Positions 18,001 through 34,702 are shown, counted from the stretch's first letter. The stretch is 64,000 bases of DNA from Nemertoderma westbladi (GCA_032718475.1 JAUCBJ010009078.1:1-64000), one strand, 5' to 3'. Notes: a model not told the origin generated them from the letters alone. Numbers and translations: made by a program.

Positions 18001-21000
18001 NNNNNNNNNNNNNNNNNNNNNNNNNNNNNNNNNNNNNNNNNNNNNNNNNNNNNNNNNNNNNNNGTAGTTACCATGTAGAACCTATACTATAATACATCCT
18101 GTAGTTACCACGTAGAACGAACCTGTACTATAATACATCCTGTAGTTACCACGTAGAGCCTATACTATACTATAATACATCCTGTAGTTACCACGTAGAG
18201 CCTATACTATAATACATCCTGTAGTTACCACGTAGAACCTATACTATACTATAATACATCCTGTAGTTACCACGTAGAACGAACCTGTACTATAATACAT
18301 CCTGTAGTTACCACGTAGAACCTATACTATACTATAATACATCCTGTAGTTACCACGTAGAACGAACCTGTACTATAATACATCCTGTAGTTACCACGTA
18401 GAACCTATACTATAATACATCCTGTAGTTACCACGTAGAGCCTATACTATACTATACTATAATACATCCTGTAGTTACCACGTAGAACGAACCTGTACTA
18501 TAATACATCCTGTAGTTACCACGTAGAACGAACCTGTACTATAATACATCCTGTAGTTACCACGTAGAACCTATACTATACTATAATACATCCTGTAGTT
18601 ACCACGTAGAACCTATACTATACTATAATACATCCTGTAGTTACCACGTAGAGCCTATACTATACTATAATACATCCTGTAGTTACCACGTAGAGCCTAT
18701 ACTATACTATAATACATCCTGTAGTTACCACGTAGAGCCTATACTATACTATAATACATCCTGTAGTTACCACGTAGAGCCTATACTATACTATAATACA
18801 TCCTGTAGTTACCATGTAGAACCTATACTATAATACATCCTGTAGTTACCACGTAGAGCCTATACTATACTATAATACATCCTGTAGTTACCACGTAGAG
18901 CCTATACTATACTATAATACATCCTGTAGTTACCACGTAGAGCCTATACTATACTATAATACACCCTGTAGTTACCACGTAGAACGAACCCGTACTATAA
19001 TATAATACATCCTGTAGTTACCACGTAGAACCTATACTATACTATAATACATCCTGTAGTTACCACGTAGAGCCTATACTATACTATAATACATCCTGTA
19101 GTTACCACGTAGAACCTATACTATAATACATCCTGAAGTTACCACGTAGAGCCTATACTATACTATAATACACCCTGTAGTTACCACGTAGAGCCTATAC
19201 TATACTATAATACATCCTGTAGTTACCACGTAGAACCTATACTATAATACATCCTGTAGTTACCACGTAGAGCCTATACTATACTATAATACACCCTGTA
19301 GTTACCACGTAGAGCCTATACTATACTATAATACATCCTGTAGTTACCACGTAGAACCTATACTATAATACATCCTGTAGTTACCACGTAGAGCCTATAC
19401 TATACTATAATACATCCTGTAGTTACCACGTAGAGCCTATACTATACTATAATACATCCTGTAGTTACCACGTAGAACCTATACTATAATACATCCTGTA
19501 GTTACCACGTAGAGCCTATACTATACTATAATACACCCTGTAGTTACCACGTAGAGCCTATACTATACTATAATACATCCTGTAGTTACCACGTAGAACC
19601 TATACTATAATACATCCTGTAGTTACCACGTAGAGCCTATACTATACTATAATACACCCTGTAGTTACCACGTAGAGCCTATACTATACTATAATACATC
19701 CTGTAGTTACCACGTAGAACCTATACTATAATACATCCTGTAGTTACCACGTAGAGCCTATACTATAATACATCCTGTAGTTACCACGTAGAGCCTATAC
19801 TATAATACATCCTGTAGTTACCACGTAGAGCCTATACTATAATACATCCTGTAGTTACCACGTAGAGCCTATACTATAATACATTCTGTAGTTACCACGT
19901 AGAGCCTATACTATACTATAATACATCCTGTAGTTACCACGTAGAACCTATACTATACTATAATACATCCTGTAGTTACCACGTAGAACCTATACTATAC
20001 TATAATACATCCTGTAGTTACCACGTAGAGCCTATACTATAATACATCCTGTAGTTACCACGTAGAGCCTATACTATAATACATCCTGTAGTTACCACGT
20101 AGAGCCTATACTATAATACATCCTGTAGTTACCACGTAGAACGAACCCGTACTATACTATAATACATCCTGTAGTTACCACGTAGAGCCTATACTATACT
20201 ATAATACACCCTGTAGTTACCACGTAGAGCCTATACTATACTATAATACATCCTGTAGTTACCACGTAGAACCTATACTATAATACATCCTGTAGTTACC
20301 ACGTAGAGCCTATACTATAATACATCCTGTAGTTACCACGTAGAGCCTATACTATAATACATCCTGTAGTTACCACGTAGAGCCTATACTATAATACATC
20401 CTGTAGTTACCACGTAGAGCCTATACTATAATACATTCTGTAGTTACCACGTAGAGCCTATACTATACTATAATACATCCTGTAGTTACCACGTAGAACC
20501 TATACTATACTATAATACATCCTGTAGTTACCACGTAGAACCTATACTATACTATAATACATCCTGTAGTTACCACGTAGAGCCTATACTATAATACATC
20601 CTGTAGTTACCACGTAGAGCCTATACTATAATACATCCTGTAGTTACCACGTAGAGCCTATACTATAATACATCCTGTAGTTACCACGTAGAGCCTATAC
20701 TATAATACACCCTGTAGTTACCACGTAGAACCTATACTATACTATAATACACCCTGTAGTTACCACGTAGAGCCTATACTATACTATAATACATCCTGTA
20801 GTTACCACGTAGAACGAACCTGTACTATAATACATCCTGTAGTTACCACGTAGAACGAACCTGTACTATAATACATCCTGTAGTTACCACGTAGAGCCTA
20901 TACTATACTATAATACATCCTGTAGTTACCACGTAGAGCCTATACTATACTATAATACATCCTGTAGTTACCACGTAGAGCCTATACTATACTATAATAC

Positions 21001-24000
21001 ATCCTGTAGTTACCACGTAGAGCCTATACTATAATACACCCTGTAGTTACCACGTAGAGCCTATACTATAATACATCCTGTAGTTACCACGTAGAGCCTA
21101 TACTATAATACACCCTGTAGTTACCACGTAGAACCTATACTATAATACATCCTGTAGTTACCACGTAGAGCCTATACTATAATACATCCTGTAGTTACCA
21201 CGTAGAGCCTATACTATACTACATCCTGTAGTTACCACGTAGAACGAACCTGTACTATAATACATCCTGTAGTTACCACGTAGAGCGAACCTATACTATA
21301 ATACATCCTGTAGTTACCACGTAGAACCTATACTATAATACATCCTGTAGTTACCACGTAGAGCCTATACTATACTACATCCTGTAGTTACCACGTAGAG
21401 CCTATACTATACTACATCCTGTAGTTACCACGTAGAACGAACCTATACTATAATACATCCTGTAGTTACCACGTAGAGCCTATACTATACTATAATACAT
21501 CCTGTAGTTACCACGTAGAACCTATACTATACTATAATACATCCTGTAGTTACCACGTAGAGCCTATACTATACTATAATACATCCTGTAGTTACCACGT
21601 AGAGCCTATACTATACTATAATACATCCTGTAGTTACCACGTAGAGCCTATACTATACTATAATACATCCTGTAGTTACCACGTAGAACCTATACTATAC
21701 TATAATACATCCTGTAGTTACCACGTAGAGCCTATACTATACTATACTACATCCTGTAGTTACCACGTAGAGCCTATACTATACTATAATACATCCTGTA
21801 GTTACCACGTAGAGCCTATACTATACTATAATACATCCTGTAGTTACCACGTAGAACCTATACTATACTATAATACATCCTGTAGTTACCACGTAGAGCC
21901 TATACTATACTATACTACATCCTGTAGTTACCACGTAGAACCTATACTATACTATAATACATCCTGTAGTTACCACGTAGAGCCTATACTATAATACATC
22001 CTGTAGTTACCACGTAGAGCCTATACTATAATACATCCTGTAGTTACCACGTAGAGCCTATACTATAATACATCCTGTAGTTACCACGTAGAGCCTATAC
22101 TATAATACATTCTGTAGTTACCACGTAGAGCCTATACTATACTATAATACATCCTGTAGTTACCACGTAGAGCCTATACTATACTATAATACATCCTGTA
22201 GTTACCACGTAGAGCCTATACTATAATACATCCTGTAGTTACCACGTAGAGCCTATACTATAATACATTCTGTAGTTACCACGTAGAGCCTATACTATAC
22301 TATAATACATCCTGTAGTTACCGCGTAGAACCTATACTATAATACATCCTGTAGTTACCACGTAGAACCTATACTATACTATACTACATCCTGTAGTTAC
22401 CACGTAGAACCTATACTATACTATAATACATCCTGTAGTTACCACGTAGAACCTATACTATAATACATCCTGTAGTTACCATGTAGAGCCTATACTATAC
22501 TATACTACATCCTGTAGTTACCACGTAGAGCCTATACTATACTATAATACATCCTGTAGTTACCACGTAGAACCTATACTATAATACATCCTGTAGTTAC
22601 CACGTAGAGCCTATACTATACTATAATACATCCTGTAGTTACCACGTAGAGCCTATACTATAATACATCCTGTAGTTACCACGTAGAACGAACCTATACT
22701 ATAATACATCCTGTAGTTACCACGTAGAGCCTATACTATACTATAATACATCCTGTAGTTACCACGTAGAGCCTATACTATAATACATCCTGTAGTTACC
22801 ACGTAGAACGAACCTATACTATAATACATCCTGTAGTTACCACGTAGAGCCTATACTATACTATAATACATCCTGTAGTTACCACGTAGAGCCTATACTA
22901 TAATACATCCTGTAGTTACCATGTAGAACCTATACTATAATACATCCTGTAGTTACCACGTAGAGCCTATACTATACTATAATACATCCTGTAGTTACCA
23001 CGTAGAGCCTATACTATAATACATCCTGTAGTTACCATGTAGAACCTATACTATAATACATCCTGTAGTTACCACGTAGAGCCTATACTATAATACATCC
23101 TGTAGTTACCACGTAGAACGAACCTGTACTATAATACATCCTGTAGTTACCACGTAGAACCTATACTATAATACATCCTGTAGTTACCACGTAGAACCTA
23201 TACTATACTATACTACATCCTGTAGTTACCACGTAGAACCTATACTATACTATAATACATCCTGTAGTTACCACGTAGAACGAACCTATACTATAATACA
23301 TCCTGTAGTTACCACGTAGAACCTATACTATACTATACTACATCCTGTAGTTACCACGTAGAGCCTATACTATACTATAATACATCCTGTAGTTACCACG
23401 TAGAACCTATACTATACTATAATACATCCTGTAGTTACCACGTAGAACGAACCTGTACTATAATACATCCTGTAGTTACCACGTAGAGCGAACCTGTACT
23501 ATAATACATCCTGTAGTTACCACGTAGAGCCTATACTATACTATAATACATCCTGTAGTTACCACGTAGAGCCTATACTATAATACATCCTGTAGTTACC
23601 ACGTAGAACCTATACTATACTATACTACATCCTGTAGTTACCACGTAGAACCTATACTATACTATAATACATCCTGTAGTTACCACGTAGAGCCTATACT
23701 ATACTATAATACATCCTGTAGTTACCACGTAGAACGAACCTATACTATAATACATCCTGTAGTTACCACGTAGAGCCTATACTATACTATAATACATCCT
23801 GTAGTTACCACGTAGAACGAACCTATACTATAATACATCCTGTAGTTACCACGTAGAGCCTATACTATACTATACTACATCCTGTAGTTACCACGTAGAA
23901 CGAACCTATACTATAATACATCCTGTAGTTACCACGTAGAGCCTATACTATACTATACTACATCCTGTAGTTACCACGTAGAACGAACCTATACTATAAT

Positions 24001-27000
24001 ACATCCTGTAGTTACCACGTAGAGCCTATACTATACTATAATACATCCTGTAGTTACCACGTAGAACCTATACTATAATACATCCTGTAGTTACCACGTA
24101 GAACCTATACTATACTATACTACATCCTGTAGTTACCACGTAGAGCCTATACTATACTATAATACATCCTGTAGTTACCACGTAGAACGAACCTATACTA
24201 TAATACATCCTGTAGTTACCACGTAGAACCTATACTATACTATACTACATCCTGTAGTTACCACGTAGAACCTATACTATACTATAATACATCCTGTAGT
24301 TACCACGTAGAGCCTATACTATACTATAATACATCCTGTAGTTACCACGTAGAGCCTATACTATACTATAATACATCCTGTAGTTACCACGTAGAACCTA
24401 TACTATACTATAATACATCCTGTAGTTACCACGTAGAGCCTATACTATACTATAATACATCCTGTAGTTACCACGTAGAGCCTATACTATACTATAATAC
24501 ATCCTGTAGTTACCACGTAGAACCTATACTATACTATAATACATCCTGTAGTTACCACGTAGAACGAACCTATACTATAATACATCCTGTAGTTACCACG
24601 TAGAGCCTATACTATACTATAATACATCCTGTAGTTACCACGTAGAACCTATACTATACTATAATACATCCTGTAGTTACCACGTAGAACGAACCTATAC
24701 TATAATACATCCTGTAGTTACCACGTAGAACCTATACTATACTATACTACATCCTGTAGTTACCACGTAGAACCTATACTATACTATAATACATCCTGTA
24801 GTTACCACGTAGAGCCTATACTATACTATAATACATCCTGTAGTTACCACGTAGAACCTATACTATACTATAATACATCCTGTAGTTACCACGTAGAGCC
24901 TATACTATACTATAATACATCCTGTAGTTACCACGTAGAGCCTATACTATACTATAATACATCCTGTAGTTACCACGTAGAACCTATACTATACTATACT
25001 ACATCCTGTAGTTACCACGTAGAGCCTATACTACTAATACATCCTGTAGTTACCACGTAGAACCTATACTATACTATAATACATCCTGTAGTTACCACGT
25101 AGAACCTATACTATACTATAATACATCCTGTAGTTACCACGTAGAGCCTATACTATACTATAATACATCCTGTAGTTACCACGTAGAACCTATACTATAC
25201 TATAATACATCCTGTAGTTACCACGTAGAGCCTATACTATACTATAATACATCCTGTAGTTACCACGTAGAGCCTATACTATACTATAATACATCCTGTA
25301 GTTACCACGTAGAACCTATACTATACTATACTACATCCTGTAGTTACCACGTAGAGCCTATACTATAATACATCCTGTAGTTACCACGTAGAACCTATAC
25401 TATACTATAATACATCCTGTAGTTACCACGTAGAGCCTATACTATACTATAATACATCCTGTAGTTACCACGTAGAACCTATACTATACTATAATACATC
25501 CTGTAGTTACCACGTAGAGCCTATACTATACTATAATACATCCTGTAGTTACCACGTAGAACCTATACTATACTATAATACATCCTGTAGTTACCACGTA
25601 GAGCCTATACTATACTATAATACATCCTGTAGTTACCACGTAGAACCTATACTATACTATACTACATCCTGTAGTTACCACGTAGAGCAACTATACTATA
25701 ATACATCCTGTAGTTACCACGTAGAACCTATACTATACTATAATACATCCTGTAGTTACCACGTAGAACCTATACTATACTATAATACATCCTGTAGTTA
25801 CCACGTAGAACCTATACTATAATACATCCTGTAGTTACCACGTAGAGCCTATACTATAATACATCCTGTAGTTACCACGTAGAACCTATACTATACTATA
25901 CTACATCCTGTAGTTACCACGTAGAGCCTATACTATAATACATCCTGTAGTTACCACGTAGAACCTATACTATACTATAATACATCCTGTAGTTACCACG
26001 TAGAGCCTATACTATACTATAATACATCCTGTAGTTACCACGTAGAACCTATACTATAATACATCCTGTAGTTACCACGTAGAGCCTATACTATAATACA
26101 TCCTGTAGTTACCACGTAGAACCTATACTATACTATACTACATCCTGTAGTTACCACGTAGAGCCTATACTATAATACATCCTGTAGTTACCACGTAGAA
26201 CCTATACTATACTATAATACATCCTGTAGTTACCACGTAGAACCTATACTATACTATACTACATCCTGTAGTTACCACGTAGAGCCTATACTATAATACA
26301 TCCTGTAGTTACCACGTAGACCTATACTATACTATAATACATCCTGTAGTTACCACGTAGAACCTATACTATACTATAATACATCCTGTAGTTACCACGT
26401 AGAACCTATACTATAATACATCCTGTAGTTACCACGTAGAGACCTATACTATAATACATCCTGTAGTTACCACGTAGAGCCTATACTATACTATAATACA
26501 TCCTGTAGTTACCACGTAGAGCCTATACTATACTATAATACATCCTGTAGTTACCACGTAGAACGAACCTATACTATAATACATCCTGTAGTTACCACGT
26601 AGAACCTATACTATACTATAATACATCCTGTAGTTACCACGTAGAGCCTATACTATACTATAATACATCCTGTAGTTACCACGTAGAGCCTATACTATAA
26701 TACATCCTGTAGTTACCACGTAGAACCTATACTATAATACATCCTGTAGTTACCACGTAGAGCCTATACTATAATACATCCTGTAGTTACCACGTAGAGC
26801 CTATACTATAATACATCCTGTAGTTACCACGTAGAACCTATACTATAATACATCCTGTAGTTACCACGTAGAGCCTATACTATACTATAATACATCCTGT
26901 AGTTACCACGTAGAACCTATACTATACTATATACATCCTGTAGTTACCACGTAGAACCTATACTATAATACATCCTGTAGTTACCACGTAGAACCTATAC

Positions 27001-30000
27001 TATAATACATCCTGTAGTTACCACGTAGAACCTATACTATACTATACTACATCCTGTAGTTACCACGTAGAGCCTATACTATAATACATCCTGTAGTTAC
27101 CACGTAGAACCTATACTATACTATAATACATCCTGTAGTTACCACGTAGAACCTATACTATACTATAATACATCCTGTAGTTACCACGTAGAGCCTATAC
27201 TATACTATAATACATCCTGTAGTTACCACGTAGAACCTATACTATACTATAATACATCCTGTAGTTACCACGTAGAACCTATACTATACTATACTACATC
27301 CTGTAGTTACCACGTAGAGCCTATACTATAATACATCCTGTAGTTACCACGTAGAACCTATACTATACTATAATACATCCTGTAGTTACCACGTAGAACC
27401 TATACTATACTATAATACATCCTGTAGTTACCACGTAGAACCTATACTATACTATACTACATCCTGTAGTTACCACGTAGAGCCTATACTATACTATAAT
27501 ACATCCTGTAGTTACCACGTAGAGCCTATACTATACTATAATACATCCTGTAGTTACCACGTAGAGCTCTATACTATAATACATCCTGTAGTTACCACGT
27601 AGAACCTATACTATACTATAATACATCCTGTAGTTACCACGTAGAACCTATACTATACTATAATACATCCTGTAGTTACCACGTAGAGCCTATACTATAC
27701 ATACATCCTGTAGTTACCACGTAGAACCTATACTATACTATAATACATCCTGTAGTTACCACGTAGAGCCTATACTATAATACATCCTGTAGTTACCACG
27801 TAGAACCTATACTATAATACATCCTGTAGTTACCACGTAGAACCTATACTATACTATACTACATCCTGTAGTTACCACGTAGAGCCTATACTATACTATA
27901 ATACATCCTGTAGTTACCACGTAGAGCCTATACTATACATACATCCTGTAGTTACCACGTAGAGCCTATACTATACTATACTACATCCTGTAGTTACCAC
28001 GTAGAGCCTATACTATACATACATCCTGTAGTTACCACGTAGAGCCTATACTATAATACATCCTGTAGTTACCACGTAGAACCTATACTATAATACATCC
28101 TGTAGTTACCACGTAGAACCTATACTATACTATACTACATCCTGTAGTTACCACGTAGAGCCTATACTATACTATAATACATCCTGTAGTTACCACGTAG
28201 AGCCTATACTATACTATAATACATCCTGTAGTTACCACGTAGAGCTCTATACTATAATACATCCTGTAGTTACCACGTAGAACCTATACTATACTATAAT
28301 ACATCCTGTAGTTACCACGTAGAACCTATACTATACTATACTACATCCTGTAGTTACCACGTAGAGCCTATACTTACTATATACATCCTGTAGTTACCAC
28401 GTAGAACCTATACTATACTATAATACATCCTGTAGTTACCACGTAGAACCTATACTATAATACATCCTGTAGTTACCACGTAGAGCCTATACTATACTAT
28501 AATACATCCTGTAGTTACCACGTAGAACCTATACTATACTATACTACATCCTGTAGTTACCACGTAGAGCCTATACTATACTATAATACATCCTGTAGTT
28601 ACCACGTAGAGCCTATACTATACTATAATACATCCTGTAGTTACCACGTAGAACCTATACTATACTATACTACATCCTGTAGTTACCACGTAGAGCCTAT
28701 ACTATACTATAATACATCCTGTAGTTACCACGTAGAGCCTATACTATACTATAATACATCCTGTAGTTACCACGTAGAGCCTATACTATACTATAATACA
28801 TCCTGTAGTTACCACGTAGAGCCTATACTATACTATAATACATCCTGTAGTTACCACGTAGAGCCTATACTATAATACATCCTGTAGTTACCACGTAGAA
28901 CCTATACTATACTATAATACATCCTGTAGTTACCACGTAGAGCCTATACTATAATACATCCTGTAGTTACCACGTAGAGCCTATACTATAATACATCCTG
29001 TAGTTACCACGTAGAACCTATACTATACTATACTACATCCTGTAGTTACCACGTAGAGCCTATACTATACTATAATACATCCTGTAGTTACCACGTAGAG
29101 CCTATACTATACTATAATACATCCTGTAGTTACCACGTAGAGCCTATACTATAATACATCCTGTAGTTACCACGTAGAACCTATACTATAATACATCCTG
29201 TAGTTACCACGTAGAGCCTATACTATACTATAATACATCCTGTAGTTACCACGTAGAGCCTATACTATAATACATCCTGTAGTTACCACGTAGAACCTAT
29301 ACTATACTATAATACATCCTGTAGTTACCACGTAGAGCCTATACTATAATACATCCTGTAGTTACCACGTAGAGCCTATACTATAATACATCCTGTAGTT
29401 ACCACGTAGAACCTATACTATACTATACTACATCCTGTAGTTACCACGTAGAGCCTATACTATACTATAATACATCCTGTAGTTACCACGTAGAGCCTAT
29501 ACTATACTATAATACATCCTGTAGTTACCACGTAGAGCCTATACTATACTATAATACATCCTGTAGTTACCACGTAGAGCCTATACTATAATACATCCTG
29601 TAGTTACCACGTAGAGCCTATACTATAATACATCCTGTAGTTACCACGTAGAACCTATACTATACTATACTACATCCTGTAGTTACCACGTAGAGCCTAT
29701 ACTATACTATAATACATCCTGTAGTTACCACGTAGAGCCTATACTATACTATAATACATCCTGTAGTTACCACGTAGAGCCTATACTATACTATAATACA
29801 TCCTGTAGTTACCACGTAGAGCCTATACTATACTATAATACATCCTGTAGTTACCACGTAGAGCCTATACTATACTATAATACATCCTGTAGTTACCACG
29901 TAGAACCTATACTATACTATACTACATCCTGTAGTTACCACGTAGAGCCTATACTATACTATAATACATCCTGTAGTTACCACGTAGAGCCTATACTATA

Positions 30001-33000
30001 CTATAATACATCCTGTAGTTACCACGTAGAGCCTATACTATACTATAATACATCCTGTAGTTACCACGTAGAACCTATACTATACTATAATACATCCTGT
30101 AGTTACCACGTAGAACGAACCCGTACTATAATACATCCTGTAGTTACCACGTAGAACCTATACTATAATACATCCTGTAGTTACCACGTAGAGCCTATAC
30201 TATACTATAATACATCCTGTAGTTACCACGTAGAGCCTATACTATAATACATCCTGTAGTTACCACGTAGAACCTATACTATACTATAATACATCCTGTA
30301 GTTACCACGTAGAGCCTATACTATAATACATCCTGTAGTTACCACGTAGAGCCTATACTATACTATAATACATCCTGTAGTTACCACGTAGAGCCTATAC
30401 TATACTATAATACATCCTGTAGTTACCACGTAGAGCCTATACTATACTATAATACATCCTGTAGTTACCACGTAGAGCCTATACTATACTATAATACATC
30501 CTGTAGTTACCACGTAGAGCCTATACTATACTATAATACATCCTGTAGTTACCACGTAGAACCTATACTATACTATAATACATCCTGTAGTTACCACGTA
30601 GAGCCTATACTATACTATAATACATCCTGTAGTTACCACGTAGAACCTATACTATACTATAATACATCCTGTAGTTACCACGTAGAGCCTATACTATACT
30701 ATAATACATCCTGTAGTTACCACGTAGAGCCTATACTATACTATAATACATCCTGTAGTTACCACGTAGAACCTATACTATACTATAATACATCCTGTAG
30801 TTACCACGTAGAGCCTATACTATAATACATCCTGTAGTTACCACGTAGAACCTATACTATACTATAATACATCCTGTAGTTACCACGTAGAGCCTATACT
30901 ATACTATAATACATCCTGTAGTTACCACGTAGAGCCTATACTATAATACATCCTGTAGTTACCACGTAGAACCTATACTATACTATAATACATCCTGTAG
31001 TTACCACGTAGAGCCTATACTATAATACATCCTGTAGTTACCACGTAGAGCCTATACTATACTATAATACATCCTGTAGTTACCACGTAGAGCCTATACT
31101 ATACTATAATACATCCTGTAGTTACCACGTAGAGCCTATACTATACTATAATACATCCTGTAGTTACCACGTAGAGCCTATACTATACTATAATACATCC
31201 TGTAGTTACCACGTAGAACCTATACTATACTATAATACATCCTGTAGTTACCACGTAGAGCCTATACTATACTATAATACATCCTGTAGTTACCACGTAG
31301 AACCTATACTATACTATAATACATCCTGTAGTTACCACGTAGAGCCTATACTATACTATAATACATCCTGTAGTTACCACGTAGAGCCTATACTATACTA
31401 TAATACATCCTGTAGTTACCACGTAGAACCTATACTATACTATAATACATCCTGTAGTTACCACGTAGAGCCTATACTATACTATAATACATCCTGTAGT
31501 TACCACGTAGAGCCTATACTATAATACATCCTGTAGTTACCACGTAGAGCCTATACTATACTATAATACATCCTGTAGTTACCACGTAGAACGAACCCGT
31601 ACTATAATACATCCTGTAGTTACCACGTAGAGCCTATACTATACTATAATACACCCTGTAGTTACCACGTAGAACCTATACTATACTATAATACATCCTG
31701 TAGTTACCACGTAGAGCCTATACTATACTATAATACACCCTGTAGTTACCACGTAGAACCTATACTATACTATAATACATCCTGTAGTTACCACGTAGAG
31801 CCTATACTATACTATAATACATCCTGTAGTTACCACGTAGAGCCTATACTATACTATAATACATCCTGTAGTTACCACGTAGAACCTATACTATACTATA
31901 ATACATCCTGTAGTTACCACGTAGAGCCTATACTATACTATAATACATCCTGTAGTTACCACGTAGAGCCTATACTATAATACATCCTGTAGTTACCACG
32001 TAGAACCTATACTATACTATAATACATCCTGTAGTTACCACGTAGAGCCTATACTATAATACATCCTGTAGTTACCACGTAGAGCCTATACTATACTATA
32101 ATACATCCTGTAGTTACCACGTAGAACCTATACTATACTATAATACATCCTGTAGTTACCACGTAGAGCCTATACTATACTATAATACATCCTGTAGTTA
32201 CCACGTAGAGCCTATACTATACTATAATACATCCTGTAGTTACCACGTAGAACCTATACTATACTATAATACATCCTGTAGTTACCACGTAGAACCTATA
32301 CTATACTATAATACATCCTGTAGTTACCACGTAGAACCTATACTATACTATAATACATCCTGTAGTTACCACGTAGAGCCTATACTATACTATAATACAT
32401 CCTGTAGTTACCACGTAGAACCTATACTATACTATAATACATCCTGTAGTTACCACGTAGAACCTATACTATACTATAATACATCCTGTAGTTACCACGT
32501 AGAACCTATACTATACTATAATACATCCTGTAGTTACCACTTAGAACCTATACTATACTATAATACATCCTGTAGTTACCACGTAGAACCTATACTATAC
32601 TATAATACATCCTGTAGTTACCACGTAGAACCTATACTATACTATAATACATCCTGTAGTTACCACGTAGAGCCTATACTATACTATAATACATCCTGTA
32701 GTTACCACGTAGAACCTATACTATACTATAATACATCCTGTAGTTACCACGTAGAACCTATACTATAATACATCCTGTAGTTACCACGTAGAGCCTATAC
32801 TATACTATAATACACCCTGTAGTTACCACGTAGAGCCTATACTATAATACATCCTGTAGTTACCACGTAGAACCTATACTATACTATAATACATCCTGTA
32901 GTTACCACGTAGAACCTATACTATAATACATCCTGTAGTTACCACGTAGAGCCTATACTATACTATAATACACCCTGTAGTTACCACGTAGAGCCTATAC

Positions 33001-34612
33001 TATAATACATCCTGTAGTTACCACGTAGAACGAGCCTATACTATACTATAATACATCCTGTAGTTACCACGTAGAACCTATACTATACTATAATACATCC
33101 TGTAGTTACCACGTAGAGCCTATACTATAATACACCCTGTAGTTACCACGTAGAGCCTATACTATAATACATCCTGTAGTTACCACGTAGAACGAGCCTA
33201 TACTATACTATAATACATCCTGTAGTTACCACGTAGAACCTATACTATACTATAATACATCCTGTAGTTACCACGTAGAACCTATACTATACTATAATAC
33301 ATCCTGTAGTTACCACGTAGAACCTATACTATACTATAATACATCCTGTAGTTACCACGTAGAGCCTATACTATACTATAATACATCCTGTAGTTACCAC
33401 GTAGAACCTATACTATACTATAATACATCCTGTAGTTACCACGTAGAACCTATACTATACTATAATACATCCTGTAGTTACCACGTAGAACCTATACTAT
33501 ACTATAATACATCCTGTAGTTACCACGTAGAACCTATACTATACTATAATACATCCTGTAGTTACCACGTAGAACCTATACTATACTATAATACATCCTG
33601 TAGTTACCACGTAGAGCCTATACTATACTATAATACATCCTGTAGTTACCACGTAGAACCTATACTATACTATAATACATCCTGTAGTTACCACGTAGAG
33701 CCTATACTATACTATAATACATCCTGTAGTTACCACGTAGAGCCTATACTATAATACATCCTGTAGTTACCACGTAGAGTCTATACTATACTATAATACA
33801 TCCTGTAGTTACCACGTAGAACGAACCTGTACTATAATACATCCTGTAGTTACCACGTAGAACCTATACTATACTATACTACATCCTGTAGTTACCACGT
33901 AGAGCCTATACTATACTATAATACATCCTGTAGTTACCACGTAGAGCCTATACTATACTATAATACATCCTGTAGTTACCACGTAGAGCCTATACTATAC
34001 TATAATACATCCTGTAGTTACCACGTAGAACCTATACTATACTATACTACATCCTGTAGTTACCACGTAGAGCCTATACTATACTATAATACATCCTGTA
34101 GTTACCACGTAGAGCCTATACTATACTATAATACATCCTGTAGTTACCACGTAGAACCTATACTATACTATACTACATCCTGTAGTTACCACGTAGAGCC
34201 TATACTATACTATAATACATCCTGTAGTTACCACGTAGAACCTATACTATAATACATCCTGTAGTTACCACGTAGAACGAACCTATACTATAATACATCC
34301 TGTAGTTACCACGTAGAACCTATACTATACTATAATACATCCTGTAGTTACCACGTAGAGCCTATACTATACTATAATACATCCTGTAGTTACCACGTAG
34401 AACCTATACTATACTATAATACATCCTGTAGTTACCACGTAGAACCTATACTATAATACACCCTGTAGTTACCACGTAGAACCTATACTATAATACACCC
34501 TGTAGTTACCACGTAGAACCTATACTATACTATAATACATCCTGTAGTTACCACGTAGAACCTATACTATAATACACCCTGTAGTTACCACGTAGAACCT
34601 ATACTATACTAT
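1..34612. repeat. Large tandem satellite; consensus TATAATACATCCTGTAGTTACCACGTAGA(A/G)CC(TATAC)1-2 (37/42 bp), with 41-bp variants AACGAACCTGTAC / GCAAACCTGTAC; roughly 850-900 units, continuing off the left edge
   Basis: Direct inspection; 37-bp period measured at 2641 to 2678, plus 5 bp when TATAC is duplicated. Unit count is estimated from length divided by ~40. Confidence 0.99.
17964..18063. other. Assembly gap (100 N) inside the satellite
   Basis: Run of exactly 100 N, a typical scaffolding placeholder. Confidence 0.99.
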
Positions 34613-34702
34613 CCGACTCTACCACCCGGAGCGGCGGGATTACCGGCGGTTTCGTCTTCCCCACCGATTCTACCACCCGGAAGGGCAGGATTACTACCTG
34701 GA

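Noticed and set aside
25000-28400. Rare one-off satellite variants with single-base indels (also in 1-6000)
   Set aside because: Scattered singleton indels are consistent with consensus error in a collapsed repeat and cannot be treated as biological without reads.
1-34612. CRISPR array next to a reverse transcriptase
   Set aside because: The linkers are a few recurrent variants, not unique spacers; there are no cas genes; the context is eukaryotic with spliced exons.
1-34612. Canonical telomere repeat or telomere-targeted LINE insertion
   Set aside because: No TTAGGG/TTAGG-type motif and no satellite on the 3' side of the LINE; chromosome position cannot be seen from the window.
1-34612. 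TATAAT as a bacterial -10 promoter box
   Set aside because: It is part of the AT-rich linker in eukaryotic satellite DNA, with no -35 box or bacterial genes.
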